Shown: piece by piece, positions 1-9,684 of the stretch
Position numbering within the stretch: the first letter of the stretch is position 1
How the letters are laid out: every line of letters starts with the position of its first letter
DNA from: Candidatus Woesearchaeota archaeon
Lineage (GTDB): Archaea > Nanobdellota > Nanobdellia > Woesearchaeales > JABIAG01
Direction: 5' to 3'
Assembly (NCBI GenBank): GCA_018653365.1
Contig: JABIAG010000003.1
Location: forward strand, 1-64,000
DNA length: 64,000 bases
The notes under the pieces: generated by a model
What the model saw: the letters and a program-made list of their open reading frames with translations, nothing else
Databases searched by the model: none
Told to the model about the DNA's origin: nothing
Program-made: the position numbers and the translations under genes

Positions 1-3000
1 ATTATACCAACTGAATATGTATTGGTGAGGATTTGTGTCTGTTAGTGTGATGTTGAAATGTACTGAACTTCCTTGGGTTGTATTAGTTGTTATGTTGGTT
101 TGGTTGTTGCTCCAGGTTGGACCTGTCGTATCTAATGAAATGTTTCGGGTCTCTGTCGAATTTGTGTTTTCTGAAGTATCAGTTAGTGTAACATTATAAT
201 AATAATCTCCATCGTATAATGATGTGAAGTTAATGCTTCTTGTTCCTGTTGAATTTACTGTGAAGTTTATTTGATCTAATGTAGAATTAAATAAGTTGAA
301 TGTTATGTTAGCTTCATTAAGATCAAATGCAGTGACATTAATATAAATCCAATTTCTTGCTTTAAGAACATTGTTAAGTTCTGTTCCGCCAGAATATGTT
401 ATTGTTGGAGGTGTGCTGTCTGTTATGTTGATCCAGATTGCGGTTGAGTTTTCATTTCCTATTGTGTCATTGACTGTGATGTTGAGATTATATGTTGTAA
501 CGTTTAGGGTTGTTTTGTTTTGGAGGTATCCTGAACAGTTGATTTGGAAGTTTGTTGTATCGTTGATTGTGAAGCAGCTTATGTTGTTTGTGTCTGTTGC
601 ATTAATGTCTAATGTTAGTGGGCTGTTGTAGTTTTGGGTGATGTTTGATATGTCTGTGAACGTTGGAGGAGTAGTATCTGCTACAGAACCATTGACAAAA
701 TAGTACTTTGTGTCTGAAGCGTTGTAATTGTTATCTGGGCCGCTTCCCCAAGCGTGCCATTTGTATGTATATGTGTTGTTTGTAATAAACGCATAGCTTG
801 TGTTAAATTTTATTGTAGTTAAATTGGTTGCAGTGATGTTTGTATTATTAATTTCTAGTAAAACTGTTCCGTTTGTGTTATTCACGGTTACATTAAAGTG
901 TCCCACTCCCTGACCATTTACTGTGTTGTTGTTATCCCAATAATTACTAAATGAAGGATAGGTGTTGTCTGTTATGTTGATCCAGATTGTGGTTGAGTTT
1001 TCATTTCCTATTGTGTCATTGACTGTGATGTTGAGATTATATGTTGTAACGTTTAGGGTTGTTTTGTTTTGGAGGTATCCTGAACAGTTGATTTGGAAGT
1101 TATTAGTGTCATTAATAGAGAAACAATCTATGCCACTAGCGTCTGTTGCGTTGATGTCTAGCGTTAATGCTGTATTGTAGTTAAGGCTGATGTTTGATAT
1201 GTCTGTAAATGTGGGGGGAGTAGTAGTCTCTTTAGTAAATGTCACACTATCGCTTCCAATTAAACTGTTATTATCGTTACAATAAACAGTCCAGGTGTTT
1301 GAGCCTTCTGAACTAGTTAAGTCTGTAAAGTTGACTCCTGCAGTGACATTGGATGAATTTGTAACTCCATTGTTTGTGCTGTACCAACATTTATCTAGTG
1401 TTTGAGTACTACTGACTGTGTAATTAAATTGACTAACATTGGCATAATATGTCGTGCTAGTGGGATAAACAATACTTGCTGTGGGTGCACTGGTCTCGCT
1501 GCTAAGGTTAGCAATGGTAACATTCCAATGTGTACTTGTCGTACTGATTAATTGATCTGAAGTCCAATTTGCGTAAACAAAAAATTCATGTATTGTATCG
1601 AGTTCTCCAGTCACATTAACTGTCCAGGTTATTGTTTGAGATTCGCCTGCATTTAACAAAACTGAATAGGGATTTTGAGTTAGGGTATAAAATGGTGTTG
1701 ATGTATTGTTCATGGAGATTAATCCTGATTTGGCGGTATTGGTGGCGTAGATTATTGCATAGCCCTCTCCCAAATCAAGCCTAATGCTGTTGTTTTGGTT
1801 AGTTCCGTTATTAAGTGACCCTCCTCCTCCACCTCCTGCATCGGATGAACTGCCTGAAGCTCCTCCTCCTGAATAGCCGCCGCCTCCGCCGCCTCCTTCT
1901 GAATCAGAACCTGAAGCTGCATCTCCATCTGCTCCGCCTCCCCCAAAGCCTCCATCGGTTATGTAATCTCCGCCCATTCCTCCGTTTAGAGGGGTGTGCC
2001 CTCCTGTATTTGATGCACCATCTGCTCCATCACTCGACCATCCTGCACCCGCTCCTCCAGAACCTGCTGAGAGTCCTCCTGCGCCGTCAGTACCTCCTGC
2101 TCCGCCTCCAGATCCATCAGCAGTACCGCTCGTAGTATTGGAAGCATTTCTTCCTGAACCCTGACCACTACTTCCTTGGCCTTCATCTCCTGTTCCTCCT
2201 CCCCCGCCTGCGATTATTAACTGATCATTAGTTTCTGCGAACCATATGAATGTTCCTCCTCCGCCCCCTCCGGCTTCACCACCATTAGTAACCCCCTTTT
2301 GTCCAACTAGAATTGATAAAACAGTGCCTGCAGTTAATTGAAATTCGCCTTTTATTTTTGCACCATATCCTGGGTCTGCAGTTGTACCATCTCCGCCAGA
2401 CGCACCAAATGTTTCAATATTGTATGTTCCTGTTGAGGGTACTGTCCAGTTTTGAATTCCACCTCCTATTGTTACGAGGCCATCCAGGTCTGTTCCAGTG
2501 TAATTGGTGTCGCAATCTGATTGTGATGGTCCATCTTTTCCTGTAGCGCCACAAGTGGTGAAATTATATTTTGCTGTTTCGGGATCTAAACTTACATTAA
2601 TTCCCCCACAATCAAATACACTACAACTTATACTGGCAGAAACAGTGAATGTTTCATTTTGAGTAACATTAACGTCAGTTAGGGGAGAGATCCGTTCTAG
2701 GCTGATTGTTGGAACTTTGCTGAACGTTATTGATCTACTGTTTGTTACATTATTGCTATCGTTACAATAAACCGTCCAGGTATTCGATCCCACATCACTT
2801 GTTATGTCTGTGAAGTTGATTCCTGCAAGAACACTCACAGAGTTAGTTTCACCATTGTCTTTACTATACCAACAGGCATCTAAGTCATGTCCTGTTTGAA
2901 GAGTGTAATTGATTTGTGTGATGTCTGTAAAATGATTTCCTCCAGTTGGATAAATTATTGTGATTGGACTGACTGTAAAGTTTACAATTGTGAGGTTAAT

Positions 3001-6000
3001 ATGTGCAGATTCTCCATTGAGCAGTGAGCCAGAGGTCTGATTTGCATACGTAAAAAATTCATGTGTTGAATCTATATCCCCTGTTGCGTTAACTAGCCAG
3101 GTTATGGTTTGGGATTCTCCCTCATTTAATGAAATTGAAGAGGGGTTTTGGTTAGTAGTGTAGAAGGGGGTATCTCCAACAATTGTGGAAATTAATCCTG
3201 ATTTTGTTGCCTCTCTTAATGTTAAGTTGATACCATCATTTTCTCCATATTGGTATTCTTCACAAAAGTCACCATCGGTTTCACTATATCCGTTTCCAAT
3301 TCCAGAAACATCACACATTGTATTATATGCAAAAGTAACTCTTATGTGATATTCATCATCTACTGTTACAGATGAATTAATGGTGGTGTCAGTTCCAAAG
3401 CTTGCTGATTCACTTCCCCAATATCCTGCTCCAAAGGTTAAATTACATCGTTGATCTGCAAAATCCAAGGTGGTGTAGGTTCCTGAAGTACAGTCTGTAT
3501 AACTGTCTGTTGAATCATAACACCCAAATTCGTTTACTTTAACTCCATTTTGCCATCCCGTTACTAACATAGAGCCTGGATGGTCACTGTCTAACTGACT
3601 GGTAATTGTGATTTCTCCACCAGGAGTAAAACTTCCATTTACCCAAATGTCATGTACAAAGAAGTGTCCATCTGTTCCATCACCTCCGCAATCATTTACT
3701 TGTGTGTCTTCACAATCGTCAGTTACATAGTCTTGATTACATAAATTACAATCAGCACCACATGTTGCACTATCTGTTGCAATGGGATCTAAACTTACAT
3801 TGATTTCACCACAATCATTGTATAAACAGCTCACTTTTGTTGAAAAACTAAATGTGTCGTTTTGGGTAACATTTGAATCTTTGGTTGGGCTAACTAAAGC
3901 AACACTTATCTCTGGAAGTTCAACTCGGTATTCGACTGCGGAAGAACCAAGGTTGCCTGAGCTATCATTACAATATAATGTTAAAGTATTGTTTTCTCCA
4001 TTAACACTGCTTATGTCTGTAAAGTTAGTCCCTGCCAAAATTGCAGTGTTGTTTGTTGTTCCATTATCTAAAGAATGCCAACAGTAACCATTGCTGTCTA
4101 AATCAGTATAGGTATAGTTTAGTTTATTGACGCTGAGTGCATAAGTTGTTGGGATTGGATAAATGATTGTCAGATTCGGAGGAATTAGATCTATAATTGT
4201 GACGTTCCAATGGTCTGTAATGTTATTTGTTGTTTGGTCACTTGTTTGATTAGCATAAACAAAGAAGTCATGGACTGAGTTTGCATCTCCTGTTGCATTT
4301 ACCCACCAAGTAATTATTTGTGATTCATCTTGATTTAATGAAATGTTGTATGGGTTTGTGGTATTTGTATAAAACGTGGTTGCGGTATTATTCATGGAAA
4401 CTAATCCTGATTTTGTTGCTGATCCTGTAAGTGAAATGGATACATATCCTGCTTCTGTTCCTATTGCTGCAGTGTTGTTTTGGTTTGTTCCATTATTGAC
4501 AGAGCCGCCGCCTCCGCCGCCTCCACCTGCACCTGAATAGCCTCCTGCTCCACCTCCATTGTAGCCGCCGCCTCCGCCGCCGCCACCATAACCATCGCCA
4601 CCTCCTCCGAATCCACCTAATGAACTACCTGCACTGCCTGATCCTCCTGAACCTCCGTTCAAATAAGAATCTCCTCCTCCATTACTACTATAATCTCCAC
4701 CATCTCCAACATATCCTGCTCCTGCCCCTCCCCCATTTGTTGATGACACTCCACCATTTCCATTAGTTCCGGGGGCATTAGAGTCAAGCGTACTATCTAT
4801 TGATCCGTAAGTTCCTGTGTTATTTGTAGTTGCATTTCTTCCAGCAGTATATGTTGATGATCTAATACTTGCTCCGCCTCCGCCGCCTGCAATGAGTAAG
4901 ACATCATCATTTGTTGAATCTATTACAAAGGTTCCTCCCCCACCTCCTCCTGCGTAGGTTCCGTCTCTTATCCCTTTTTGTCCTACTAAGATTTGTATAA
5001 CCTCTCCCTCAGTTAAAGAAAATTCGCCTTTAATATATGCACCTAGTCCTCCAACCCCACTTCCTGACCCGCCAGTAATTCCTGCGGCTCCAACGGCTTC
5101 AATGGTGTATGTTCCTGTTGCAGGTACGGTCCAGTTTTGAATTCCTCCTCCCACTGTTACAAGACCATCAAGATCTGTTCCAGTGTAATTAGTATCGCAA
5201 TTAGATTGTGTGGGTCCTGCTATCCCTGTAGATCCACACGTGGTAAAGTTGTAAACAGTGCTGCTTATTGGATCTAAGCTTACATTGATCTCTCCACAAT
5301 TTGCATTAAGACAACTAACATTTACTGTTACATTAAAGAAGTCATGTTGTGTTACATTAATTGATTCTGTGGGATAAATTGTAGTTAAGCCTATTGTTGA
5401 GTTGGTTTGCAAACCTATTGTTATTGTCCTTTGTTCTGTCCAATTAAGATTTCCTGAGGTGTCTTGTGCGAATATTTGATATGTGTAACTTCCATTACTT
5501 AAGTTTTCATTTACGTTTTGTGATTGATTTACATATAATTCCCAACCGTCAGAATTAATTTTTTTGAGATTTGAAATATGTTGTTGGTAAATTTCATCTT
5601 CGCTTAAACTTCTGTTCCAGATTCTAACTTCGTCTATACCTCCATCAAAAAATTCACTTGCTTTATTTTGGTGTGATCCAATCAATACATTGGTTGCACT
5701 GTTATCTACGTTGCCCGTTTGTGTGGTGGTTACATCTGCTATCCCATTAACAAATAATTGTTGGTGGGATGTATTGTAGGTTAATGCAACATAATTCCAT
5801 GAGTTTTGTGTTAGTAAGTTTGTACTCGCTCCCACTTTTCGGACATTTATATCTGCCCATACATATCCTTCTATTGCTCCTGAAGTTCCACTTAATCTTA
5901 AAATATATGATGAATCTTTTTTTACAATCTCATCAGCATCTTGAAACGTTCTTGGATAAACCCAGGCAGCGATTGTTAGTTGGTTTGTTCCCAAATCTAG

Positions 6001-7029
6001 TGATGTGCTGTCACTTATTTCTAAATAGTCACTATTCCCGTCTAACCAGAGTGATTGTTCAAACTTACCTGTTGCATTAATTTTTGCAGTTTCACCAAGA
6101 GTTCCATTATTTTCATACTTGCTTAAGTCAACAACTTTGGTGGAGCTCTCATCAAGAGAAGAAACATTATCAAAGTTCATCATTAATACTAAATTTTCAT
6201 CATATAATGTGTAGTTAGTTCCATTCCACTTATGGGTTAAGATTTTTAGGTCGTCTGCATTTTTTATTGATGCATTTATTTCAATCCATCCATTTAGGGT
6301 GTTTGTATTGTCTACAGGGGTGAGAATTTCAAATGTTGTGTTGGGTGCTGTTGATACATCTTGTGTTCCAAATGTGAATTCTGGTTCGTCTATTGGTTCA
6401 GGTTCTGTTTTATTTGATTCGGTAGTATTGATTTCAGTTTCGTTTAAGGTTGGTATTTCTGTTGTATTTGTTTCGGTAGTGTTAAGCTCCGTTTCGTTCA
6501 ATACTATTGTTTCTGTGATGTTGACTTCTACTATGTCTGTCTCTTGGGTTTCAGTCTGATTCGTGCTTAAATTGGTTATTATGGCACCACCACTGATAAT
6601 TGAAGTTGGGGAGTAAATGATGTTGTCTATTTCATAGGTTCCCTCTCCTTTTATATCAACTCTTATCAGGTATTTTGGTAAGTCAAAATTTACGTCACAT
6701 GTTTCAATACAATTTGAATCAAAACTTATATTTTCACCACTAACCTCAAATTCGGTTATTAAGTAGAATTCTTCATTTACAATTATGTATGTGCTTACGT
6801 TTGCACTTCCATAAACTCTGCCTGTTATTCCTATTCCTCCTATGTTTCCTTGGACTGATGGTGCCCACAGGTAAACTGAGCTTTCATCAAAGGTTTTATC
6901 GATATTGTCTTGATAATTTCCTGTAACCATGCCTGTAACTCCAGGATTTAGGCAGAGGATAGTTATAATACTAACAATAACGATACTTAAAATCAGTAAG
7001 TTACGAGTCCATTTAACGTTCTTATTCAT
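1..7029 (-). CDS. Giant modular surface glycoprotein, 3' end outside the window (>2343 aa): N-terminal anchor, Thr/Glu stalk, LamG domain, repeated Ig-like units, two ALK/LTK-like Gly-rich domains, Cys/Asp-rich domain
   Basis: Absent from the ORF track because there is no stop in the window. Manual translation from ATG 7029 (MNKNVKWTRNLLILSIVIVSIITILCL...) stays open to position 1 (...TNPHQYIFSWYN). LamG motifs LVLMMNFDN and IDEVRIWNRSLS; many N-x-S/T sequons. Confidence 0.9.
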   Translation of the reverse strand, partial: MNKNVKWTRNLLILSIVIVSIITILCLNPGVTGMVTGNYQDNIDKTFDESSVYLWAPSVQGNIGGIGITGRVYGSANVSTYIIVNEEFYLITEFEVSGENISFDSNCIETCDVNFDLPKYLIRVDIKGEGTYEIDNIIYSPTSIISGGAIITNLSTNQTETQETDIVEVNITETIVLNETELNTTETNTTEIPTLNETEINTTESNKTEPEPIDEPEFTFGTQDVSTAPNTTFEILTPVDNTNTLNGWIEINASIKNADDLKILTHKWNGTNYTLYDENLVLMMNFDNVSSLDESSTKVVDLSKYENNGTLGETAKINATGKFEQSLWLDGNSDYLEISDSTSLDLGTNQLTIAAWVYPRTFQDADEIVKKDSSYILRLSGTSGAIEGYVWADINVRKVGASTNLLTQNSWNYVALTYNTSHQQLFVNGIADVTTTQTGNVDNSATNVLIGSHQNKASEFFDGGIDEVRIWNRSLSEDEIYQQHISNLKKINSDGWELYVNQSQNVNENLSNGSYTYQIFAQDTSGNLNWTEQRTITIGLQTNSTIGLTTIYPTESINVTQHDFFNVTVNVSCLNANCGEINVSLDPISSTVYNFTTCGSTGIAGPTQSNCDTNYTGTDLDGLVTVGGGIQNWTVPATGTYTIEAVGAAGITGGSGSGVGGLGAYIKGEFSLTEGEVIQILVGQKGIRDGTYAGGGGGGTFVIDSTNDDVLLIAGGGGGASIRSSTYTAGRNATTNNTGTYGSIDSTLDSNAPGTNGNGGVSSTNGGGAGAGYVGDGGDYSSNGGGDSYLNGGSGGSGSAGSSLGGFGGGGDGYGGGGGGGGYNGGGAGGYSGAGGGGGGGGSVNNGTNQNNTAAIGTEAGYVSISLTGSATKSGLVSMNNTATTFYTNTTNPYNISLNQDESQIITWWVNATGDANSVHDFFVYANQTSDQTTNNITDHWNVTIIDLIPPNLTIIYPIPTTYALSVNKLNYTYTDLDSNGYCWHSLDNGTTNNTAILAGTNFTDISSVNGENNTLTLYCNDSSGNLGSSAVEYRVELPEISVALVSPTKDSNVTQNDTFSFSTKVSCLYNDCGEINVSLDPIATDSATCGADCNLCNQDYVTDDCEDTQVNDCGGDGTDGHFFVHDIWVNGSFTPGGEITITSQLDSDHPGSMLVTGWQNGVKVNEFGCYDSTDSYTDCTSGTYTTLDFADQRCNLTFGAGYWGSESASFGTDTTINSSVTVDDEYHIRVTFAYNTMCDVSGIGNGYSETDGDFCEEYQYGENDGINLTLREATKSGLISTIVGDTPFYTTNQNPSSISLNEGESQTITWLVNATGDIDSTHEFFTYANQTSGSLLNGESAHINLTIVNFTVSPITIIYPTGGNHFTDITQINYTLQTGHDLDACWYSKDNGETNSVSVLAGINFTDITSDVGSNTWTVYCNDSNNVTNSRSITFSKVPTISLERISPLTDVNVTQNETFTVSASISCSVFDCGGINVSLDPETAKYNFTTCGATGKDGPSQSDCDTNYTGTDLDGLVTIGGGIQNWTVPSTGTYNIETFGASGGDGTTADPGYGAKIKGEFQLTAGTVLSILVGQKGVTNGGEAGGGGGGTFIWFAETNDQLIIAGGGGGTGDEGQGSSGQGSGRNASNTTSGTADGSGGGAGGTDGAGGLSAGSGGAGAGWSSDGADGASNTGGHTPLNGGMGGDYITDGGFGGGGADGDAASGSDSEGGGGGGGYSGGGASGSSSDAGGGGGGSLNNGTNQNNSIRLDLGEGYAIIYATNTAKSGLISMNNTSTPFYTLTQNPYSVLLNAGESQTITWTVNVTGELDTIHEFFVYANWTSDQLISTTSTHWNVTIANLSSETSAPTASIVYPTSTTYYANVSQFNYTVSSTQTLDKCWYSTNNGVTNSSNVTAGVNFTDLTSSEGSNTWTVYCNDNNSLIGSDSVTFTKETTTPPTFTDISNISLNYNTALTLDINATDASGIDCFSINDTNNFQINCSGYLQNKTTLNVTTYNLNITVNDTIGNENSTTIWINITDNTYPSFSNYWDNNNTVNGQGVGHFNVTVNNTNGTVLLEINNTNITATNLTTIKFNTSYAFITNNTYTYKWHAWGSGPDNNYNASDTKYYFVNGSVADTTPPTFTDISNITQNYNSPLTLDINATDTNNISCFTINDTTNFQINCSGYLQNKTTLNVTTYNLNITVNDTIGNENSTAIWINITDSTPPTITYSGGTELNNVLKARNWIYINVTAFDLNEANITFNLFNSTLDQINFTVNSTGTRSINFTSLYDGDYYYNVTLTDTSENTNSTETRNISLDTTGPTWSNNQTNITTNTTQGSSVHFNITLTDTNPHQYIFSWYN
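413..1101. repeat. Intragenic direct repeat 413-552 / 962-1101 (140 bp, 2 mismatches, offset 549)
   Basis: Direct comparison; adjacent parts of the same repeated domain are clearly more diverged. Confidence 0.9.
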
Positions 7030-7171
7030 ATTCTTTTAATAACCTCAACACCGCTTTATCTACAAAATTCTTGACTGATGGATATTCAATTCTATTATCT
7101 TCTTGAGAAATTAACTCTTCAATTCTTTTTTTCAGTTTTGCATCTAGCTTTACAACGTTATTTTTTGTCAT
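7022..7171 (-). CDS. Small RHH (CopG/MetJ-like) DNA-binding protein, 49 aa, downstream copy
   Basis: Manual translation MTKNNVVKLDAKLKKRIEELISQEDNRIEYPSVKNFVDKAVLRLLKEYE; strand-helix-helix pattern with YxSxxxFVxxAV; overlaps the start of the giant gene. Confidence 0.75.
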   Translation of the reverse strand: MTKNNVVKLDAKLKKRIEELISQEDNRIEYPSVKNFVDKAVLRLLKEYE

Positions 7172-7301
7172 TTTTTAATAGTTTTAAGACTGCTTTATCG
7201 ACGAAGTTTTTAACAGAAGGATATTTAATCCTATTATTTCCTTGAGAAACTAACTCTTCAATTCTTTTTTTCAGCTCAGCATCTAGCTTTACAACAGTCA
7301 A
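7158..7301 (-). CDS. Small RHH protein, 47 aa, upstream copy (TTG start)
   Basis: MTVVKLDAELKKRIEELVSQGNNRIKYPSVKNFVDKAVLKLLKNDKK; 35/41 identical to the adjacent copy over the core; TATA box about 26 nt upstream. Confidence 0.7.
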   Translation of the reverse strand: MTVVKLDAELKKRIEELVSQGNNRIKYPSVKNFVDKAVLKLLKNDKK

Positions 7302-7334
7302 GTTACTAAAAGTTACTAAAAGTAACTATATAAA
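7301..7334 (-). promoter_or_regulatory. TATA box plus three AGT(T/A)ACT heptamers at 10-bp spacing (candidate RHH operator)
   Basis: Plus strand reads agttact-aaa-agttact-aaa-agtaact-atataaa; 7311-7327 is a perfect inverted repeat; minus-strand TTTATATA at 7327-7334. Confidence 0.65.
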
Positions 7335-7381
7335 GTTTGTCTTTTGAACTTAAGAAGGGATTCAAACTATTTTTTTAGAAT

Positions 7382-8506
7382 TTAACCAAACATTTTACTA
7401 TCTAATTCTTCTTCAATAATACTTACTTTTGCTACTGCTTTCATGAAGTCTTCCTCTTTTACTGTTCCTCTTTTTTCTCTTATTGCAAAGTAACCCGCTT
7501 CAGTACATACTGATTTTATTTGTGCTCCGCTCATTCCTTCCATTAAAGAACTTAATTTTTCAACACTTATTTTTTCTGAGTTCATATCTTTGCAGTGTAC
7601 TTTAAAGATTTCTTTTATTCCTTGTTTGTCTGGAAGGGGTACCTCAATTAATCTGTCTAATCTTCCGGGTCTAATTACTGCTGTATCCAGAATATCTTTT
7701 CGATTAGTACATCCAATTATTTTTACTTCATCTAAATTTTCAAATCCGTCTATTTCAGCTAATAGTTGCATAAATGTTCGTTGTACCTCTCTTTCACCAC
7801 TTGTGCCGACCTCTATTCTTTGTGAGGCAATAGCGTCTAGTTCGTCAATGAATACTATTGATGGCGCTTTGTCTCTTGCCATTTGAAATAGATCTTTAAC
7901 TAGTTTAGCTCCTTCTCCAATGAATTTCTGTACTAATTCTGAGCCAACTATTTCAATAAATGTTGAATTGGTGGATGCGGCTACTGCTTTTGCTAGTAAT
8001 GTTTTTCCTGTTCCTGGCTCACCATGTAATAACACTCCTTTTGGGGGTTGTATTCCTATTTTTTTGAACAATTTTGGTTTTTTTAAGGGCAGTTCAATCA
8101 CTTCTTTGATTTCTCTTATCTGATCTTTTAACCCACCAATATCTTGCCATGTCAAATCTGGTTTTTCTATGATAACAAACTTTTCTACATCAAATTGGGT
8201 GTTTCCAGAATGCTTTTTCACGATGTTTAAATTTCTTTGTTCTACAAATACGTGGTCGCCAGGGACTAACCTTTCAGCTTCACCATTATATTTTACTAAG
8301 AATGCATTTCCATTTGGTACTTTGATTATTGCTTCTTTATCAAAAACATCTTTTACTTCACACACCATTAGAGGGGTTGTTTTTAATCCGTCTAGTTCTG
8401 TGTTTAATTGTGTTACGGTATCTTTTAGAATTCTATTTTCACTTTCTAACTGGTTTATATTCATAACATAAGAATACATTTCTTTTTCATAATCCCCACT
8501 ACTCAT
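7382..8506 (-). CDS. pan: Proteasome-activating nucleotidase (AAA+ ATPase)
   Basis: Coiled coil and OB fold, Walker A GEPGTGKT, Walker B IFIDELD, RPGRLDR, C-terminal MFG; probable start MSSGDY at 8506. Confidence 0.95.
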   Translation of the reverse strand: MSSGDYEKEMYSYVMNINQLESENRILKDTVTQLNTELDGLKTTPLMVCEVKDVFDKEAIIKVPNGNAFLVKYNGEAERLVPGDHVFVEQRNLNIVKKHSGNTQFDVEKFVIIEKPDLTWQDIGGLKDQIREIKEVIELPLKKPKLFKKIGIQPPKGVLLHGEPGTGKTLLAKAVAASTNSTFIEIVGSELVQKFIGEGAKLVKDLFQMARDKAPSIVFIDELDAIASQRIEVGTSGEREVQRTFMQLLAEIDGFENLDEVKIIGCTNRKDILDTAVIRPGRLDRLIEVPLPDKQGIKEIFKVHCKDMNSEKISVEKLSSLMEGMSGAQIKSVCTEAGYFAIREKRGTVKEEDFMKAVAKVSIIEEELDSKMFG

Positions 8507-8612
8507 ATTTTTTGTTAAATTCTTTTTCTTTAAATAGGTTTTGGATATACTTGGTTGTGGTAACATCCCTAAAAAATAAAACTTTAAAAGCTGGAGAATA
8601 TCATCGATCTTT

Positions 8613-9683
8613 ATGGATCCTAGAATTAAAGAGTTGGCAAGAATTTTAACTGATTATTCTATTAAAATCAAGAAAGGGGATAAGATCGTTCTCTCCTTTG
8701 ATGCTGAAGCAAAAGCATTGGGTTTAGAATGTTATAAAAATATTTTAAAAAAAGGGGCGTTTCCTGTTGTTCATGTCGGACTTCCTGGTTTTGGTTACGC
8801 TTATTACTCTCTTGCTTCTGACGAACAACTAAAGTCCTTTCCTGAATTGGCAATGCATGAAGTTAAAAGTTGTCAGGGACATATAGGGATTGGTGCAGAA
8901 TATAATACTAAAGAATTTTCTAATGTGGATCCTAAGAAGTTCGCTTTAAGAAGTAAGGCAACTCAGAAAGTGTCTGATTTTGCGGTTAATCAAAATAATT
9001 GGGTGGGTACAGAAATTCCAACTCAAGCATTAGCTCAAGATGCAGAAATGTCTTTGGAGGAGTTTGAAGATTTTGTTTATTCTGCTACTAATGTTGATTG
9101 GGCTGAAGAGTCAAAAAAACAAGATAAGCTTAAGGCAGTTTTAGATAAGGGTGAACAAGTTCATATTATTGGTGAGAATACTGATTTAACTTTTAGCATT
9201 AAGGGCCGTCAAGGCATTAAGTGTGATGGTAAAAGAAATATGCCTGATGGTGAGGTTTTTATTGCACCTGTTGATGATTCTGCTGAAGGACACATTGAAT
9301 ATTCTTTTCCAATAATCAGAGGTGGAAGAGAGGTTCAGGGTGTTAAGTTGGAGTTTAAGAAAGGAAAAGTAGTAAAGGCTACAGCTGAGAAGAATGAAGC
9401 TTTCCTTAAGGAAATGCTTGAAACTGATGAAGGTGCTAAACGTCTTGGCGAATTTGGTATTGGTCTTAATTTTGGTATTACAAAGTTCATTAAACAGATT
9501 CTTTTTGATGAAAAGATTGGTGGAACTATTCATTTGGCTCTTGGACGAGCATATAAAGAGGGTGGCGGTAAGAATGAGTCTGCTATTCATTGGGATATGA
9601 TTAAAGACTTAAGAACTACTGGAAAATTCTTAATTGATGGTAAAGTTATTATGGAAAAGGGCGAGTTTAAAATAGAATTATAA
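8613..9683 (+). CDS. M29 family aminopeptidase (AmpS/PepS-like)
   Basis: NMPDGEVF, LGEFGIG, LFDEKIGGTIHLALG, SAIHWDMI motifs. Confidence 0.92.
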   Translation: MDPRIKELARILTDYSIKIKKGDKIVLSFDAEAKALGLECYKNILKKGAFPVVHVGLPGFGYAYYSLASDEQLKSFPELAMHEVKSCQGHIGIGAEYNTKEFSNVDPKKFALRSKATQKVSDFAVNQNNWVGTEIPTQALAQDAEMSLEEFEDFVYSATNVDWAEESKKQDKLKAVLDKGEQVHIIGENTDLTFSIKGRQGIKCDGKRNMPDGEVFIAPVDDSAEGHIEYSFPIIRGGREVQGVKLEFKKGKVVKATAEKNEAFLKEMLETDEGAKRLGEFGIGLNFGITKFIKQILFDEKIGGTIHLALGRAYKEGGGKNESAIHWDMIKDLRTTGKFLIDGKVIMEKGEFKIEL

Positions 9684-9684
9684 T

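Noticed and set aside
413-1101. Possible diversity-generating retroelement TR/VR pair
   Set aside because: Only two mismatches, both copies are in-frame parts of one gene, and no reverse transcriptase is in the window.
371-6559. Short ORFs listed in the track across 371-6559
   Set aside because: They are antisense or out-of-frame shadows of the single giant minus-strand CDS.
7301-7327. Possible CRISPR or iteron array
   Set aside because: Only three 7-bp units with 3-bp gaps; no spacers, cas or rep genes. Better explained as an operator.
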